From Azolla caroliniana (taxonomy: Eukaryota > Plantae > Polypodiophyta): a stretch of DNA of 64,000 nt. A model generated the notes under the pieces. The model saw only the letters and a program-made list of their open reading frames with translations, searched no databases and was not told the DNA's origin. The DNA lies in contig JBHGNT010000014.1 of NCBI GenBank assembly GCA_043228905.1, positions 14,570,001 through 14,634,000 on the forward strand, read 5' to 3'. Positions 60,601 to 64,000 of this stretch are shown here, one piece after another. How positions within the stretch are numbered: position 1 is the first letter of the stretch; each line of letters begins with the position of its first letter. A program made the position numbers and the translations under genes.

Positions 60601-63600
60601 AAAAACAACACACATCAAGCAAAACTGGAGGAAGAATATCATTACGTTCCGGCGTGGAAAAGAGAAAGTGTAGGTACCGACTCAACCACGGTCCAGTACC
60701 GGCAAGGAATTGACGCCACTATATGCGGAATGTGTCAACATGCTGGAAGGATTGGCAGACGAAGAGGTCGATCAATACTTATAGGAAAATCCGAAGATTG
60801 TACCTCTGTTCGAAATTGATGTAGCCAAAGCAGTATCCCCGTACATACTGCAACCGGACGAGACCGACGAGGAACCGGATAAAGAAGCGATCCGGGAATT
60901 ACGGCAAGCACAGGAAGCACTGGAAAGAGAGATGGCAGTGTCGCAGCGCGTAAAAGCATCTCAACTAGAAGAGGTAAACCTAGGTACCACAGAGGATGCA
61001 AGACCAGTTCACATCGCCAAGGAAATGACCCCGGCAAACAAAACGGCAATGATCACACTCCTAAAAGAATTTCGCGATGTGTTTGCTTGGTCCTATGAGG
61101 ACATGCGGGGACTCGATCCTCAGTTATATCAACACCAGATACATCTGAGTAAAGACGCCAAACCAGTAGCCCAACGGCGTTACCGGATGAACCCGAATTA
61201 TGCAGCCAAAGTCAAAGAAGAAATCGACAAGTTGCTGAGGGTTGGCTTCATCCAACCGGTAAAGAAAGCCACATGGCTCAGTCCGATAGTCGTAGTACCG
61301 AAAAAGAACGGTAAGATAAGAGTGTGCGTCAACTACCGGAAATTGAATGCGGCTACGGTAACAGACGCCTTTCCACTTCCATTCACGGATGGAGTCTTGG
61401 ATGCGGTCGCCGGTCATGAGGTCTACAGTTTTCTGGACGGTTTCAACGGCTATAATCAGATCCGGATGCACCCTAACGACCAGGAGAAAATAGCTTTTGT
61501 CACCGAATGGGGAGTCTTTGTTGCCGTAGTTATGATGTTTGGATCGAAAACGGCGCCGACAACCTTCTAGCGGATCATCATGGAGATTTTCGGAGAATTC
61601 ATTCCGGCATTCATGCAGGTGTTCTTGGACGACTTTGTTGTTTATAGCCAGGAAGGGGATCACCTTCAGCACCTCCGACTATGTTTGGAGAAATGTAGGG
61701 TTTACCGGCTAAGCCTTAACCCGGCAAAATGCTTGTTCGGAGTGTCCAGCGGAGCGTTACTGGGCCACATCATGAGCAAGGACGGTATTGCAGTGGATTC
61801 GGACAAGGTCAAAGCTAATTTGGAGGCACTGGCACCAACCACGGCAAAGGCATTAAGCCGGTTCTTAGGACAAATTCGGTGGCATAGACGAATGCTCTGG
61901 TATTTGGCAGACCTGGCTACACCATTGCATGCCCCGGTACATCGGACACCGTTCGAATGGACGGACACAAAAGACAAGGCTTACCGGGCACTAAAAGTAC
62001 TATTGTCACAAGCGCCGGTAGTGCAAGCTCCGTATTGGTCTAAAGAGTTCCATGTGTTCGTTGACGCGTCCGACATCGCCATCAGGAGAGTGCTTATGCA
62101 ACTTACATAACCGAAATGGTACCAGCCAGTGTATTATGCCAGCCAGAAGCTTTCCCAAGAAGAACGTAATTATTCCACAACGGAAAGAGAGGCCTTAGGC
62201 ATGATCTACAGTGTCACCAAGTTTAGACACTATCTGGTGGGAAGAAAATTTTCCTTCCATGTAGATCATTCAACGCTCCTTTATTTGGTGTCCAAAGCAT
62301 CACTCACCGGTAAGCTGGCCCGGTGGACGTTACTATTACAAGAATTCGAGCTCGAGATATTCCACCGACCTAGCATACAACATGCGGTAGCAAACTATTT
62401 GAGCTGATTAGATTCCGGCGAGGCCGGTGACGGCGTCCCAGACGAGTTCTCGGACGCAAAACTGCTTAGAGTCACATCAGAAACGGCAACGGATGGTACG
62501 GTCGCAGAGGAAGACAAGTGGCTCACCAACATGCACCAATTTCTGAGCACCGGCTTACCTCCGGAGGAGATGAATAGAGACGAGAGGAAACGCTTAGCGG
62601 TGCAAAGCCGGCACCTCTGTCTATTATAGGACACACTGTACCACAAAGGTGTAGATAGCATATGGCGGCGTGCAATGCGCAGCGACGAAAAGGACATAAT
62701 ATTGCGCAAAGCACACTGCGGAGTACCTGGAGGACATTATGCCGGAGACGCTACGGCAAGGAAAATATGGCAGAGCGGACTATGGTGGCCAACAACATTG
62801 AAGGATGTAGTCCGGTACGCTAAAGAATGCGACCTATGTCAGCGAATAGGCCAACCAACTGAACAAGCCAGGATGCCTCACCAGCTCGTGCTACCGTTAG
62901 AACCATTTCAGAAATGGGGGCTGGATTTCGTCGGTCCATTCAAACCACCGGCAATGAGAATCGGCAACCGGTACGTGATTGTCACTACAAATTATTGCAC
63001 AAAATGGGTGGAAGCCAAAGCACTACGCAACAACACCGCGGCACCCACGACAAAATTTTTATATGAATACATCTGGTGCTGGTATGGATGTCCGATAGAG
63101 CTAATAAGTGACCAAGGTGGGCACTTCTTAGGGCAAGTAGTGGAAAGTTTGACGACATTCTATGCGGTGGTGCACAAACGGAGCACTCCCTATTATCCGC
63201 AAGCCAACGGATTAGCTGAGTCAACAAATAAAACACTACAGAACATCCTTCGAAAAATCGTCAATGAGAACCAGACGGATTGGGATACAAAGCTACACAT
63301 TGCACTCTAGGCCTATCGAACGACATATAAGACAAGTATCCGCACAACACCGTTTCGCCTAGCATTCGGATTGGAAGCAGTGATGCCGGTCGAGTTCCAG
63401 GTACCGAGTTTATGATTACAGATTCGGGAACACCTAAATGAGAAGGAATCGGAAGCGATCCGGTTAGCCGCGCTATGCGCATTGGAAGAACACCGGCTAG
63501 CCAGCATTATGCACCTAGAACTAGAGCAGCGGCGAAGGAAAGCGTTCGTAGATCGCCACCGAAAAGGGAACGCAAATATGTTCAAAATCGGTAAGCCGGT

Positions 63601-64000
63601 ACTAGTATTCCAGACCCGGATGGGTAAGATGTCGGGGAAGCTACGGTTTCGGTGGACCAGACCATATTGGATTACGCGTGAGTTCAACGGTTCGTACTAG
63701 TTAGGGACACTCGCCGACGAGGTTCTGGGTAAATGGGTCAATGGGTTCCGACTCAAACCATACAATGGACCCATGCCAAGAAACCCATTTGAACAAGTAA
63801 AGGCCGACACAACCGGACACCGGTAAGTCAGATGAAACGGCAACACAATTAGCAATCGGCAAGAGGGAGCACGAGCCGGCAAACGACAAGAACGACGCGA
63901 CGGCAAGCAGTCCCGTGGCCAGCAAGTCCCACAATTTGGATAGGGGTCCAGCGGGACTAGATGCGAATTAACCAAACAATTTTATCAAAATAAAAATAAA
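57653..64000 (+). mobile_element. Ty3/Gypsy non-chromovirus element G, degenerate, runs off the window
   Basis: LTR TGTTACC..AATAACA 57653-58094, PBS TGGCGACCAC at 58102, gag with CCHC knuckles, PR IIDGGSGVN, RT WLSPIVVVPKKNG/FLDD, RH ERNYSTTERE, INT WGLDFVGP/SDQG/YYPQANG. Confidence 0.92.
58146..63826 (+). pseudogene. Gypsy G gag-pol with many stops
   Basis: Collinear ORF fragments from 58381-58659 through 63482-63700. Confidence 0.88.

Overview
Eukaryotic plant genomic DNA, probably a non-seed land plant such as a fern or lycophyte (inferred from the retroelement types, not proven). One intact host gene, a 4-exon SLAC1/SLAH-family S-type anion channel (CDS 36560-39945, +, about 740 aa), sits between two piles of nested LTR retrotransposons. 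Left pile (1345-28054): a Tnt1/Tork-like Copia fused to a second Copia, which contains a third Copia, which contains a Tcn1-like chromovirus, which contains a very young Gypsy resembling fungal Ylt1-type elements; four solo LTRs with TSDs are also present. Between pile and gene lie a decayed Sola2-like transposase and a LINE inserted at the end of another LINE. Right pile (48497-64000): Copia in Copia in Copia, plus a non-chromovirus Gypsy. Best observations: (1) the young Gypsy has its protease in ORF1 and a -1 frameshift cassette (GGAUUUU, 5-nt spacer, H-type pseudoknot), a tRNA-Trp PBS and an apparent ACGT target; (2) the chromovirus LTR has a Tf1-type self-priming signal and a perfect heat-shock-element array that was then tandemly duplicated; (3) paired ABRE/G-boxes lie upstream of the SLAC1-like gene. 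Coordinates were counted by eye; lineage names come from motif recognition, not database searches.
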